Assembly: GCF_006345805.1 (NCBI RefSeq)
Contig: NC_043010.1
Span: 53,134,001 to 53,198,000 of the forward strand
Source: Octopus sinensis
Taxonomy: Eukaryota
Direction: 5' to 3'
Length of the DNA stretch: 64,000 nucleotides
Shown: piece by piece, positions 12,771-25,660 of the stretch
Layout of the letters: every line of letters starts with the position of its first letter
Position numbering within the stretch: the first letter of the stretch is position 1
Made by a program: the position numbers and the translations under genes
The notes under the pieces: generated by a model
The model's input: the letters and a program-made list of their open reading frames with translations, nothing else
What the model was told of the DNA's origin: nothing
The model's database searches: none

Positions 12771-12772
12771 TG
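12238..12772. repeat. (GA)n-(CA)n-(TA)n-(GATA)n compound microsatellite
   Basis: Direct reading. Confidence 0.95.
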
Positions 12773-13014
12773 ATTAAAATTCAGTTGAATTAGGTATTAC
12801 TTAAACTGAGTCACTTCGTTTGGTCGATCTAACTTGCACGTCCAAACAATATCAGATAAATATCGAACAACGTAGATAAGATATTTCTTTAGAAAGATAG
12901 AAATCCTGTTCCTTGGAACTGATATATTCCATTGTTTGTCTCACTTTTTTTTTTGTATAATTTCGGTGAGGTACTTTTTTACAGTATTTGCGTGGACAAA
13001 AGAGGGAGATTAAG

Positions 13015-13395
13015 GCTTTCGCTGCCTATGGAGTATAGGCTATCGATGACTTTTCTCCATTGTTCTTGAATCTGGATTGTCTTTCCGGTTCTGAATTTTC
13101 AGCTCCCTCCTTTTGCTTCACTTGTGGACTTCGTCCCAACTCCACTTTAGAAATATGTATGCCGTAGTAAGACCTTCCTCTCCCAGGTTTTGTTGATTCT
13201 GATCTATCACCGATGCTTCTATAACTTGCTTTTATTTCTAGGTAGAGGTGTCGGCCCAACGCAAACTCATTTCTACCTCTGGGAGGAGATGGTCCATATA
13301 GTCTGGCCTCTATCCTTTGAAATGTCCAACGTGCTCTATGCTGATATAGTTGTCAGGATCATTGAGGCATATAAGCCACTACCCAGTATCAAGAA
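13015..13395 (-). mobile_element. Internally deleted, decayed RTE-like LINE
   Basis: Minus strand has PGRGR and W-RKVIDSLYS-like C-terminal remnants; tcaggatcattgaggcatataagccacta resembles RTE 5' regions (from recall, not aligned). Confidence 0.45.
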
Positions 13396-13844
13396 CTGGA
13401 ACGGAACGTGTGACGATAAACAAAATATAACCTTCAATGTCTGCACTCGTATCTGCTAAAGCAATGAAAACATTGAGAGGAAAACATCATACTGTTTATG
13501 ATGTCATAATAGAAATATTTCTGTATTTTCTAACAGCTATGTCAGTCGTGAAAACTGACTAATAAAAATTTATTACACTTGAAATTGCCACTTTATATTT
13601 CACCATTTAAAAAATAGCGAATAGTATGACGTCACAGGTGATTATTTCGTAGTTTTTTCTCCTTCCAAAAATGTATAAAAATTAATTTTGCTACAACTGG
13701 ATTAGCGTTTACAATGATATACTGTCGCTTATATATTAAATGAACTTGTTTCTTGAAGAAAATTTGAGAGGGATTTATAAGAGAGAACGAATAATGAATA
13801 GAAAACTATGAGGTTAGTGATTTTGCTAGTATTATCTAAACGTA

Positions 13845-14712
13845 AGGCGGCGAGCTGTCAGAAACGTTAGCACGCCGGATGAAATGCTTAGCGGTATTTC
13901 GTCTGTCATTACGTTGTGAGTTCAAATTCTGCCGAGGTTGACTTTGCCTTTCATCCTTTCAGGGTCGATAAATTAAGTACCAGTTCCGCACTGGGGTCGA
14001 TGTAATCGACTTAATACCTATGTCTGTCCTTGTTTGTCCCCTCTATGTTTAGCCCCTTGTGGGTAATAAAGAAATAGGTATTTCGTTTGTCTTTACGTTC
14101 TGAGTTAAAATTCTGCCGAGATTGACTTTGCCTTTCACCCTTTCAGGGCCGATAAATTACGTACCAGTTGCATACTGGGGTCGATGTAATCGACTGGCTC
14201 CCTCCCCAAAAATTTTGGGCCTTGTGTCTAAAGAGAAAAGAATATTATCTAAACGTGAGAAAGGCGGCAAGCTGGCAGAATCGTTAGCACACCGGTCGAA
14301 ATGCTTTGCGGTATTTCGCCCTCCCTACATTCTGAGTTTCAAATTCCGCCGAGGTCGACTCTGCCTTTCATCATTTCGGGGTTGAAAATTTAAGTACAGG
14401 TTACGTACAGCGGTCGATCTAATCGACTAACCATGTCCCCCAAAATATTAGGCCTTGTGCTTTTAGTAGAAAAGATTGTATAGACGCGAGATGATGGTGG
14501 TGAGTTGGCAGAATCGATACCATGACGGATAAAACGCTTGGTGATATTTCGTTTGTCTTTACATTCTGAGTTCAAATTCCGCTGAGGTCAACTTTGCACG
14601 TCATCCTCTCCAGGTCAATAAAATAAATACCAGTTGAGCACCGGGGTTGATGTAATCAACAAGCACTCTCCATCAAAATTTCAGGCCCTGTTCCCATAAG
14701 AAACAGGATTAT
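13845..14712 (+). mobile_element. Head-to-tail cluster of SINE family A: dimeric copy 13845-14243, monomers ~14261-14476 and ~14495-14708
   Basis: Head ggcggcgagctgtcagaaacgttagcacgccgg, B-box gagttcaaattc, core gcctttcatcctttcggggtcgataaattaagtacca, tail aaaattttgggccttgtg..tagaaaagatt. Confidence 0.9.
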
Positions 14713-15109
14713 CTGAAACACGAGATTAACGTTGAATATAGATACGAATAATTACTTTCTACGAAGACTTAAATCGACTTAGATTATTGAGATTATTGAG
14801 CAGCCATAGGCTGACAATAATACTGTCTAAATCAAATGTAGAATATGTACTATATGAATGCAAAGCTTGTTTCTGGAAGGTAGTTAGCCTCATAAACACA
14901 TTGCTGGATCATCGTAAGCCGCAACCGAAGATAAACAGATTGTATTTATCCAAAGCTTAAATAAGATCGAGCGAAACTGACCATAAAACAATGAAATGTT
15001 CGTATCTGGTTAAAGCATCAGAAAATTAGATTGCTTTAGATTTACTATGAGAGCGTCAACAGATATCGTGCTACATGTACCCACGGTTTCTCTTTTTTCT
15101 TTTATATCA

Positions 15110-15297
15110 TACGTTTTTCAGTTCTTGGACTGCAGCTATACAGGGACACCGTCTTGAAAGGTCTAAGTAGAACTAATCGACTCTGAGACATATGCTTTGT
15201 AAAGCCAGGTACATATTCTTGCGGTCTCTTTTGTCAAACCGTTATGTAACGGTGACGTATACTAACCAACACCGATTGTCGAAAGGTTTGGTGGAGA
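15110..15297 (-). mobile_element. Decayed SINE family B-like 3' half
   Basis: Reverse complement aligns with ggtgtgtttacgtccccgtaacttagcggttcggcaaaagagacc and the tail. Confidence 0.6.
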
Positions 15298-15299
15298 TA

Positions 15300-16495
15300 A
15301 TAATGAATGAAGTTCTTACGGCCTTCTACCATGCCGTGTATTTCCCCCAAAATACATGGCATGTATTTGTGTCTAATGGCATGTCTAATACTGAAAAAAA
15401 ACCTACCTAAGCTTGAGAAAGAAACATCTTGGAGTAAGACCCCACATAGACAGTAACAAACTTGCCAACGTCAAAAGAAACATTCTGAAAAAGAAATTAC
15501 TAACTGAATTAGAATTTGACCAAATTAAACAATCAGTAAGGGATAAAAGGAACGAAGTACAGCTAAACAAGATACTACAGAGAAAATAATTATAGACCAA
15601 CTCAGGCCTGACGTAAATGCAATAATGATTGAAAGAATTAATGTAACTGATAAGCAAAGTGAAATACTCTCTGAACCAACCATAAACACTAAGGCAGAGG
15701 AAAATCAAATAGATGAAGAAAGTTACACAGAAATTGAATCGACAGAACTACATGATCTAAAAAAATCAAATCATGATTGAATGGCTGAAAATTAAAGAAA
15801 CCAGTATGAATGAACGCGACACTCCTCCCAAATTTCGCAATTCTAACCAAAACCTGAAAGTAATTGGTAAAATCTGCCTTGCACTTAAGAATCTAATTTC
15901 AGATAATGATGTTGTTATTACAGATCTCAACCACTTGTACTATGCATACGCGAAAATTTCGACGATCCTATGTGGTGAAAAGATTAGAAAATGACAAGCC
16001 TATTTGGCAAGAGCGTATTCAATACCAAATTCAGCTACTTAGGTCTGACATAGAATGTTTAGAAAAACCTTACGTTTGACAAGACTATCAAACCAACAAA
16101 ATAGAAACTGAAGAAGAATTTGGCAAAATGTAGAACCTCAAGACTAAACCAATACCTCTTATCATAGGTGTCCTAGGAATGTTAGCAAAAGGGGCCTATT
16201 CTTACCTAGTTCAGATACCAGGAAACACTAAAATGGCAGAAATTCAAAAGATAGTGCTCATGGGAACTGCCCATATCCTACGTAAAATACTGTGAATGTA
16301 ATCTCAAATTTTAAAGCAAACTCATAATTTTCTTATATTTTCTTAAAATTTACCCAGAACAATACTCTGCGCAAAACCGAAAATATGACACCAATATGGA
16401 TTTATGGATTTCTAACTTGTCTCTTGAGGGCTCTCTGTGAGACTTGGAGTCAACTTGTACAAATACAAAGCAAACATATAATAAAAATAATAATA
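15300..16495 (+). pseudogene. Internally deleted R4/Dong-clade non-LTR retrotransposon
   Basis: N-terminal remnants DSNKLANVKRNILKKKLLTELEFDQIK and KPIWQERIQYQIQLLRSDI, joined to the REL-domain C-terminus PIPLIIGVLGMLAKG...EIQKIVLMGTAHILRKIL*; 3' UTR ends in (AAT)n. Confidence 0.8.
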
Positions 16496-16496
16496 A

Positions 16497-16760
16497 TCTA
16501 TCATAGTAGGTGCATTAGGCATGATAAAAAAATATTCAGACAAATACATAACAAAAACACCAGGACTTACAAACACATATAACATACAGAAAATTGCACT
16601 ACTAGGCACTGCACACATCCTACGCAGAACACTTTCCATACAATAACCATCAGAGCATCACAACAAATCACAGCACATACCGAAGGCACACAGAGCTGCG
16701 CTCGGTAGTGAAGTGAAAGCACGCTATAAAAATAAAACTACTGAATAATAATAATAATAA
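16497..16760 (+). pseudogene. 5'-truncated second R4/Dong element (different subfamily)
   Basis: IIVGALGMIKKYSDKYITKTPGLTNTYNIQKIALLGTAHILRRTLSIQ*, then 3' UTR and (AAT)n tail. Confidence 0.85.
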
Positions 16761-16787
16761 TAATAACAACAATAATAATAATAATAA

Positions 16788-16819
<32 letters not shown>

Positions 16820-16957
16820 ATAATGATAATAATAATAATAATGATGATGATGGTGATGATGATGATGACGACGACGACGACGACGATGACGACGATGACG
16901 TCGATGACGACGATGACGACGATAACGATGATGATGATGATTGATGATGATGATGAT
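16745..16957. repeat. (AAT)-(AGT)-(GAT)-(GAC) compound trinucleotide repeat
   Basis: Direct reading. Confidence 0.95.
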
Positions 16958-17275
16958 GCAGTATCGGGCAGTGGATCTTGTGCCTTTTGATTTTAACTAA
17001 TTGAAAGTGCTCTCATGTACATTGTTTTGTCTTGGTATAAAAGACGAGCTCAATACTACAAATTTTGAGCATATCAAAAGCTGAGCATATCACTTAATGT
17101 TTGACGATATGTGCATCTCTGATCACAAGCAGAAGTAGTGGAGGAGCATCATAGCCGTGTGTTGAGAGGAATTCTTAGAGATTTGGATAATTCACCTCTG
17201 GAAACATGAGTGTTTTGTTCACCATCCTTAAATAAACCTTATTCAGGGTTACCTTTTGAGCGGGATGGCAACTCA
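16955..17275 (+). mobile_element. Non-coding dispersed repeat, homologous to 49627-50172 (-)
   Basis: Shared catgtacattgttttgtcttgg, gacgatatgtgcatctctgatcac.agcagaagtagtgg and ttattcaggg.accttttgagcgggatgg. Confidence 0.8.
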
Positions 17276-17643
17276 GCCTGATGAAATTTCTCATGCAACC
17301 TAAATAACGGACAGAGTCAAGACTATTGAAAAGTTTGCAAGACACAACGAAAATTTTAGGACAATGAAAAAAAATAGGAAAAAAAGTGGAAATTTTACCA
17401 GTGAGTGTGTTAAATAATAAGACACTAAAAGAGAATGACTCTCCCCAGACACAACAAATACATATATACATACATATGTATATATGTTTATATATAATAT
17501 ATATATATATAAATATGCGTGCCTATACGCACACACACAAGAATATTTTATATAAATATACATATGTATATATGTTTATATATAATATATATATGTATAT
17601 ATGTTTATATATAATATATATATATATATATATGTATACATAC

Positions 17644-17726
<83 letters not shown>

Positions 17727-17857
17727 GTGTGTGTGTGTGTGTCTGTGTGTCTGTGTGCTTGTGTTATATAGATAAAAGGTTTAAGAGCCTGATCGTGCTA
17801 CGGCCGTTGAAATTTTGACTCCGAACTGTGTCAGTGAAATCACATGCTCTCTCTCTG

Positions 17858-17901
<44 letters not shown>

Positions 17902-18221
17902 AAGGTACTTGTGCTTATATGTATGTGCGCCAATGGATGTGTACGTGAGTGTGTTTGTGTGTATGTGTGCTGATAAAGTCTCCGTACATTTCTCTGTGCG
18001 TTTGTCTGGAGATATTTTCTTGGTAATGGTTGTGAATTTTTAATTCTATTTTATCTTCTGTTTTTGTTTTAATTTCTCTCTCTGTATATATATATATTTT
18101 TTTAATCGAGACACGTACGTATTGAACTTATATACACCGTTTGCTCTAGGAATGTTGATGACTGTAGAGATAAGGGGCATGATGGAGCTGATAACGGGAG
18201 CATTGAGCTGCATGTTGTGCT

Positions 18222-18240
18222 TATTATTATTATTACCAGC

Positions 18241-18322
<82 letters not shown>

Positions 18323-18632
18323 TTGTTTAGAATCATTATCATTGCGTTTGTCATCATCATCATCATCATCATTATTATTATGATTTATTATTTTGTTGTT
18401 ATTATTATTATTATTGTTGCCGTTTTAATGATGATCGTGATGATGATGATGATGATAATGATCATGATGACGATGATGATGATGATGATGATAATGATGA
18501 TGATGCTGATGGTGCTAGTGGTAGTAGTAGTAGTAGCAGTAGTAACAGCAGCAGTGGCGGTGGCAGTATTAGTAGCTGTAGTAGTAGTGATGGTGTTAGT
18601 AACAGTTGTGTAAGTAGTGTGGTGGTGGTGAT

Positions 18633-18663
<31 letters not shown>

Positions 18664-18665
18664 GC

Positions 18666-18702
<37 letters not shown>

Positions 18703-18725
18703 AAAGTAGTAGCAGTAGTAATAGT

Positions 18726-18765
<40 letters not shown>

Positions 18766-18766
18766 T

Positions 18767-18802
<36 letters not shown>

Positions 18803-19372
18803 TAGTTGTAGTAGTAGTAGTAGAGCGGTAATAATGAGAAAGAGAAGAAAATGAATGTTTTGGGGGTGTTGCTGGTGATGATTATATAAACGATGATGAT
18901 GTCGATGGGGAGGACGATGAGGATAATAAAGATGAGGTTAGCGATGACGATGACGGTGAATAGGGATGTTGATCGTATCTAGTTTCATGTGTTAATATGT
19001 TAGCTTAGATGATGATGATGATGGCGATGACGATAACGATGATGACAAAGAGAAGGAGGGGAAGGGGGAAAGCGATTATGATGAAGAGGGAGTTTAAAGA
19101 CGATGACGACAACTTAAATGAGGAGGACGAGGAGTGAGGAAGGGGAGAAAGTGGAAGCAGGAGACTGATAATGATTGTTATGGTGATTATGACGATGACG
19201 ATGATGATCATGATGATGGTGATGACGATTACAATGATGATGATGATGATGACTATGATGAAGGTAGTGGTGGTGGTGGTGATAAGGATGATAATGATGT
19301 TGATGGTTATGATGATGGTGATGAAGATCATCATCATCATCATTATCATCAACATCATCCTCAACGGTAATA
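18222..19372. repeat. Large compound trinucleotide region (TTA, TTG, CAT, GAT, GTA, GCA)
   Basis: Direct reading. Confidence 0.95.
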
Positions 19373-19408
19373 TTATTCATTCTATACGTACTGAACTCGC
19401 AAATAAAG

Positions 19409-19481
<73 letters not shown>

Positions 19482-19494
19482 ATATATATATATC

Positions 19495-19557
<63 letters not shown>

Positions 19558-19580
19558 TTATACACATACATATATATATA

Positions 19581-19625
<45 letters not shown>

Positions 19626-19632
19626 TATATAC

Positions 19633-19680
<48 letters not shown>

Positions 19681-20269
19681 TATATACATATAGTTTGTAT
19701 TTGCTATTTATCATTATGTTTCCAACTGTATTATACGATTCTCTACTGCATCACCAGGTGCATATCTCTCTTCTTGAGGTGTGTACAACATAAGACTTCT
19801 GGGGGGATATACAAACGTGTGTGTATGTGTTTGTGTGTTTTGTACTACAACATTTAGCGTTTGTTATGGTGTTTTGTTCTGTCTTTTGAATGTTTCTCTT
19901 ACTCTTTTTAATGTTTTTATCTGTTGTGTACAGTGTGCCTAATGTAAGTTGTGACACTATGTTAGATGGGTGGGTGTTTTTTTGCAAGTGGTGAATGGGT
20001 GAGTTGTTTTGTATTGTGCTACATGTTTGGTGTTGGGTGCTTCCAGTGCGGGGCTTCGATTGTGCTGTGTGTATTTTATCTATTATCAGGTGGCAAACGT
20101 TTAGAATGTAAGATGTGTGAGCTGTTGGCCTTACACTATAGTATTAGTTACCTATGATGTATAAGCATATGTTGTGTTAGTTTATTGGTTGTTGATAGCG
20201 TTTTTGTATGTGTTGTGTTCACCATTTGAAGGCAGAAAGCGGTTATATCAGCTCAAAATTGTATTACAG

Positions 20270-20840
20270 TTAACTGGCGGAGAGCGGTTTTACTCTGCGG
20301 TTTTGAAAAAAGCAAACAAAGAAAAAAGATTTCTCTTCTGCTGCAAGAAGTGAAGACAATCCCCAGTTACTCTTTTTACAAAACAAAAAACAAATTTTGT
20401 CAGAGTTTCTTAATATTTTTTCACATATTTCATGAAATATATCTTTACAGAACCATAACCAAATATTTTTAGTGGTGTATATCATAACTGCTTTTACAGG
20501 AGATGCTGAAAATATATTGCAGAAGAAGAAAGTATCAATTCTACCTCTTGGTGGATAATACTTTCAACTTTAGACAAAAAAAGTCTGAAATTTTTGTGGA
20601 GCAGTCTAGTCTATTACAATAACTCCGGTGACTGGTACTCATTTAATCGACTGCAAAATGATGAAAGAAAAAGTCAGATCGTAATGTGTCGAAATATATT
20701 CTACTGAATACTCTAACCGATATGGTGATGATTCTACCAGCTCACTACCGGGGATTGTCTTGGCTTCTGGCAGCACAAGGAAGTTTTTTTTCTTCTTCCT
20801 CACCCCAAAGCCGTAGAGTAAAACCGCTTTCTGCAGTTAA
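20270..20840. mobile_element. Element with ~100 bp inverted arms, possible piggyBac-like MITE
   Basis: TTAActggcggagagcggttttactctgcggttttg...gacaatcccc mirrored by gggattgtc...caaagccgtagagtaaaaccgctttctgcagTTAA. Confidence 0.5.
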
Positions 20841-21867
20841 GGGTAATGAAATTTTATCCTTTCATAATTTTTTCTTAGTACATATAATTTTTAAATAAAT
20901 TTCTTACAAAATTTCTTATAAAAGTTTACCATATATGGAAATAATTATTGTATTTTATTTTAGCTTTTAATCTTATATTATTCAATAAATAGTTACTCTA
21001 TTATACATGTGATATACCTTTAATTTAATTATACCTTACATTCGATTCCATATTTTCAATATCTTATACATATTCACCTGTAATGAAAATATTAATCCTT
21101 GTTTTGATTTAATATATACTCTGTACTCTTACTCAGATGTTAATTTAATCCTTTTATAAATTCATTGTGGAATGGTTTTATCACTACCACCTTAATATGT
21201 TTAGGAAAGGCCTTATGAACTTCCTCTTATATAATAAAATACCCCATTATTAGGTTTTAGGTTTAATTTCCTATATATTAATCTATAATTCTTTTCTAGA
21301 TTTAATATAATAAATTTGCTAAATTATGAATTAATACATCCCGTATCCCACATTTCTAATCCGAACTCTTAAAGCTTACTTTTACCTCTTCTGTTTTTCA
21401 CTTTATTCTCTTTATATTTACGGAAATGTACTTGCATAGCAAGTGATTTGATCTGAGATCGTGTGCTGAAACGATCAAAATATGTACTAGCCACCCTATC
21501 CTTCATTCTTCTAGTTATCACTTCTTCCCCATCGGCCATTCTCTCACTAGGAGCTCTGACACAGATCCCTTTATGTAGATAAAGCTAGATGTATGGTCTC
21601 AGTAAAATAAGGGTCTGGGAGGTTGTCTGACACTAATTTATAACCATCAACTGGAACATAGCTGAAAACTCTCAATGGATTTATTTCTAAACGGTTGTAG
21701 ACTATATGTTGCATAAAATTTATAAATAAAAACAAGAGCACTCAGAGAGCGCAAACCTCTGTCAAGGCAACACCAACAATTATCCAGAGAGGATTCTGAA
21801 AATGAGAATATCTGAAATAAACATATTTTGATTGACAAATGCTACAATATTTTTTTTTAAAAGCATT

Positions 21868-21905
21868 TCAGTACCGGTTTCAGTCATTGAGACTGTTTCA
21901 ACTGT
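21868..21905 (-). ncRNA. Candidate minimal type I hammerhead, U3:A8 core variant
   Basis: CAG-TTGAAAC-AGTC(tcaat)GACT-GAA-ACCGGT-A-CTG; position 9 is C instead of A. Confidence 0.4.
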
Positions 21906-22074
21906 AAGTATAGAAAATAATTAAATTTGGAAAAATTAAACGAAAAGGTTTTTTAAAAGAATATTTGTATAGTGTTCAAATACAAGTGGTATTTTCCTTT
22001 CTCAGCCTGTCTCTGTCTCTCTTGTTTACTCTTGTGGGTTTGAGATCGTTGTGTATGTATATATATACATATAA

Positions 22075-22354
22075 TAGTAGGAAATATAAAATCCCAAATT
22101 TACAGATAAAAATTCAGTTTAGCAATGCTAAATCGAACTTTACAATATATAATATTTGCAAATAATTAGAAGTTAAAACCTATATTAATTAATTCAATTA
22201 ATAGTGAAAGATATTATCTATAATAAATGATATAGAAAGATTTAAATATATTTTAATAAATATTATTCTAAAAATCACTTACTTAATATGGGTTTTATCT
22301 CTTAATTATTTACACACACATATATATAGATACATATACATATACATACATACA

Positions 22355-22390
<36 letters not shown>

Positions 22391-22645
22391 TATATAAAAT
22401 ATGAATTGAAGATAAAACCACTATTATGCAACTCAAACAGTGATAGACATAAACCAATACATAAATAACAAATATATATATATAATTTTTGTTTTATATA
22501 CATAAAATTTTATTGAGTTGCATAATAGTGGTTTTATCTCTAGTTCATATTTTATATTTTATATATTTATACTGTGAAATTTGATTTAATACTAAATTGA
22601 ATTTTTTCCCTGTAAGTTTGGAGTTATACTCCTGAGTATTATTAT
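22075..22645. mobile_element. AT-rich repeat family G in inverted arrangement; termini also at 26565-26625 and 47993-48062
   Basis: gtgaaatttgattt...aaattgaatttttccctgtaagtttgga recurs; inverted arms 22396-22436 / 22513-22553. Confidence 0.6.
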
Positions 22646-22677
<32 letters not shown>

Positions 22678-22712
22678 AAAGAGAGAGAGAGAGAGGGGGG
22701 AGAGAGAAAGTG

Positions 22713-23032
22713 AAGGCGCGTGGTTTATTGGTTTGGGCATTCGGCTCACGATTGTAAGGTTGTGAGTTCAATTCGCGGCGACGCGTTGTGTTTTTCAGCA
22801 AGACACTTTATTTCACGTTGCTCGAGTCAACTTAGCGAGCAAGAATGAGTGGTAGCTGTATTTCAAAGAGCTAGTCTTGTCACATTCTGTGTCACGCTGA
22901 ATTTCCCTGTGAACTACGTGAAAGGTACACGTGTCTGTGGAGTGCTCAGCCACTTGCACGTTAATTTCACGGGCAAGCTGTTCTGTTGATCGTATCAGCT
23001 GGAAACCTCGTCGTCGTAACCAACAGAGTGCT
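22713..23032 (+). mobile_element. tRNA-derived SINE family C, full length
   Basis: ggcgcgtggtttattggtttgggcattcggctcacgattgtaagg..gagttcaattc head; 3' end cctcgtcgtcgtaaccaacagagtgct. Confidence 0.88.
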
Positions 23033-23672
23033 TGTATATATATACATATATATATATATGTATAGTGAGAGAGCGAGAGAAGTTTGTGCGTGCGTGTGTG
23101 AGTGTGTGTATTTGCGTTTGGGCGTTTCTGTGTTTGATCCCCTCGCCAGAGCTTGACAAGCGATTTTGGCATGTTTACATTCCCGTAACTTAACGGTTTA
23201 GGACAAAGAGACCGATAGAATAAGTTCCAGGCTTTAACAAAATAAAATATCCCCTGGAGTGAATTCGTGCCCCCAGCATGACCGCAGTCTAATGACTGAA
23301 ACAAGTAATATATACATATGATGATGATGATGATGATGAGGAGGAGGAGGAGGAGGAGGAGGAGGAGGAGGATGTGTGTCTGTGTGTGTGTGCGTATTCA
23401 TGCAGATTTTCGTTGCTTCGTATCGGTCTCTGTATATATATTTTACTAGTTACCGCTATTACACTGAGGCCATGCTGGGGCATCGCTTTGACACACATAT
23501 TTGTATGTTCGTATATGTTATATTTTTCAAATTTCTTCCAGACAACAATACAAGATCTTTGATGTCTGAACTATTTATATCTCTGTAGCTATTATCGTTG
23601 TTCATGCTTTCGTTGTTTTTTCCTTTTATCTTTCTATTACATTTACAGTTGCTGCTGCTGTTGTTGCTGTTG

Positions 23673-23703
<31 letters not shown>

Positions 23704-23964
23704 GCTGCTGCTGCCGCTGTATGCTGTTTGTTCTGTTCTCGCTTATTTTGGCTCAGTATTGTTGGTTCTGTTGTGCCTTTCGGCGTCGTAGCTGCTTCTG
23801 TTGATTCTCTGGGATGTTACTGTTGCTCTTGTTCCCGTTCTGCAATTACACTCATGTCTTGCGTTTTCTGTTGCTGCCACTGTGGTGGTAGCAGTATTAT
23901 TATTATTATTATTATTAGTAGTAGTAGTAGTAGTAGTAGCAGCAGTAGCAGCAGTGGTAGTAGT

Positions 23965-24245
23965 AGTTTACAAGAAAGTATTTAAGAAACTATTCAGACC
24001 GGTACTGCAAAAAGTATTATGACTTCAATAAAAATCATGTTTGTTTACACAGAAGGAGATATATTTAAGAATTTATAAAAGATTGGCGACGAACTGACCT
24101 GGATTTCTAACATTTTCTGTCTTCTCTGTAGCTGTATATATATATATATATATATATACTACCAAACAAACATGATTTTTATTGAAGTCATTATGCATTT
24201 TGCAGTCCCCTTCTGAATAATTTCTTAAATACTTTCTTGTAAACT
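23965..24245. repeat. Inverted repeat with ~82 bp arms
   Basis: agtttacaagaaagtatttaagaaa...aataaaaatcatgtttgttt / aaacaaacatgatttttatt...tttcttaaatactttcttgtaaact. Confidence 0.85.
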
Positions 24246-24619
24246 GTTTTTAACATTTTCTTATTATTATCAAAGAATATATAACTGCATTTTAATACTT
24301 TCGTGCTAACCAGTACTTAACACAACAAAGCTTCTACAAAACTTTACATTTTACATTTGACAATCTTTTTCTAAAAGAATGAAACCGGCCAAGTCAACAA
24401 ACATCTTTAAAATAGCATTTTCAAACCTTCTTTCATATATAGCAGTACTCCAGTATGGCCGCAATCTGATGACTTAAGTAAAATACAAAAGTTACGTGCA
24501 GATTTGTATGTTTTGCTTTACTCGTCTTCTCCTGGATATACTTGCATATCTAGACATGTATGAGTGTGTGTATGTATGTATGAATATGGTTGTGAGTGTA
24601 TGTATGCATATATAATAAT

Positions 24620-25113
24620 AAAATCCAGAATTCCTGTGAATTACAGCAAAACTTGGACAGTAGTGTACTGGCTAAGCTTCACCACTCTTAAGTAGAATCT
24701 GCGATGGTCACTACAGTACGATAACAATAAATTGTGTGGTAAGGCTTCAATAAGTGGTATAGTATGCCATCAGCTATCTTAAAAATTGGCGAAGCTAGCC
24801 AGTACTGTCGAGCGCTCTACGATACAAGTATTGCTGTTTTTCACAAGATTTTTCTTATGATAATATCTTTAATCTCTTAGCTGATCGAGTGCTATATTAC
24901 TTGTTGAAGCCTTACTACACAGCTTATTGCTACTGTACTAGACTGACCGTCTCAGATTCTTCTTAAGACTGGCGAAGCTTAGTCAGTACTGCCGAGCACT
25001 CTACGACACAAATGTTGTGGTATTTCACAAGACGTCTGGTTCTTATTATAATAGTATCTTAAATCTCTTAGCCGAGCGAATGCTATGCTACTCGTTGAAG
25101 CTTTACTACACAG
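24620..25113. repeat. ~185 bp unit as a direct tandem (24778-25113) preceded by an inverted copy (24620-24776)
   Basis: tggcgaagct(t)ag.cagtactg.cgagc.ctctacga near 24787 and 24970; gtactggctaagcttcacca in reverse at ~24666. Confidence 0.8.
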
Positions 25114-25242
25114 TATGTATGTATACATACATACATAAACGCACACAAGCACACACACACATATTTGAATCTGTTGGAATGTATTGAGAATAAATATACA
25201 AACTCTTGTGTCAGATCTCATAGTACACAGTGCAAATATCGG

Positions 25243-25660
25243 CTTCAAATTTTGGGACAAGGGGAGGGGGTAAGTCGTTTGCAACAAAACCCCGTATTCA
25301 ATTGGTACTTATTTTATCAACCACGAAATGGTAAAAAGCAAAGCCGACTTCGGTGGAATTTGAACTCAGAACGTAAAGATTAACGATATACCGCTAAGCA
25401 TATTGCCCGGTATGCTAAGGATTCTGCTAGCTCGCAGCCGTATTACTTAATGCTAATTTCAAATTTTGGCACAAGGCCAGTAACTTCTGGGGAGAGGATA
25501 AGTCGATTACATAGAGCCCAGTACACAACTGGTACTTACTTTATCAACCCTGAAAGGATGAAAGGCAAATTTAATCTCGTCGGAATTTGATCTTGATACG
25601 GTAGAATTGTCGCTAAGCATTTTGTCCGATGTACTAACGATTATGTCAGCTCGTCGCCTT
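25243..25660 (-). mobile_element. Two tandem SINE family A copies inside one degenerate TSD
   Basis: Family A core in reverse twice; flanks tacacagtgcaaatatcgg (25224) and tacacagagcaatattgg (25661). Confidence 0.8.

Noticed and set aside
19745-20230. Penelope GIY-YIG remnant with decayed CTCAAGA core on the minus strand
   Set aside because: Only vague peptide resemblance, and no GAAA half.
24080-24100. TGGCGACGA as a Gypsy primer-binding site
   Set aside because: No LTR pair, TG...CA boundaries or gag/pol remnants nearby.
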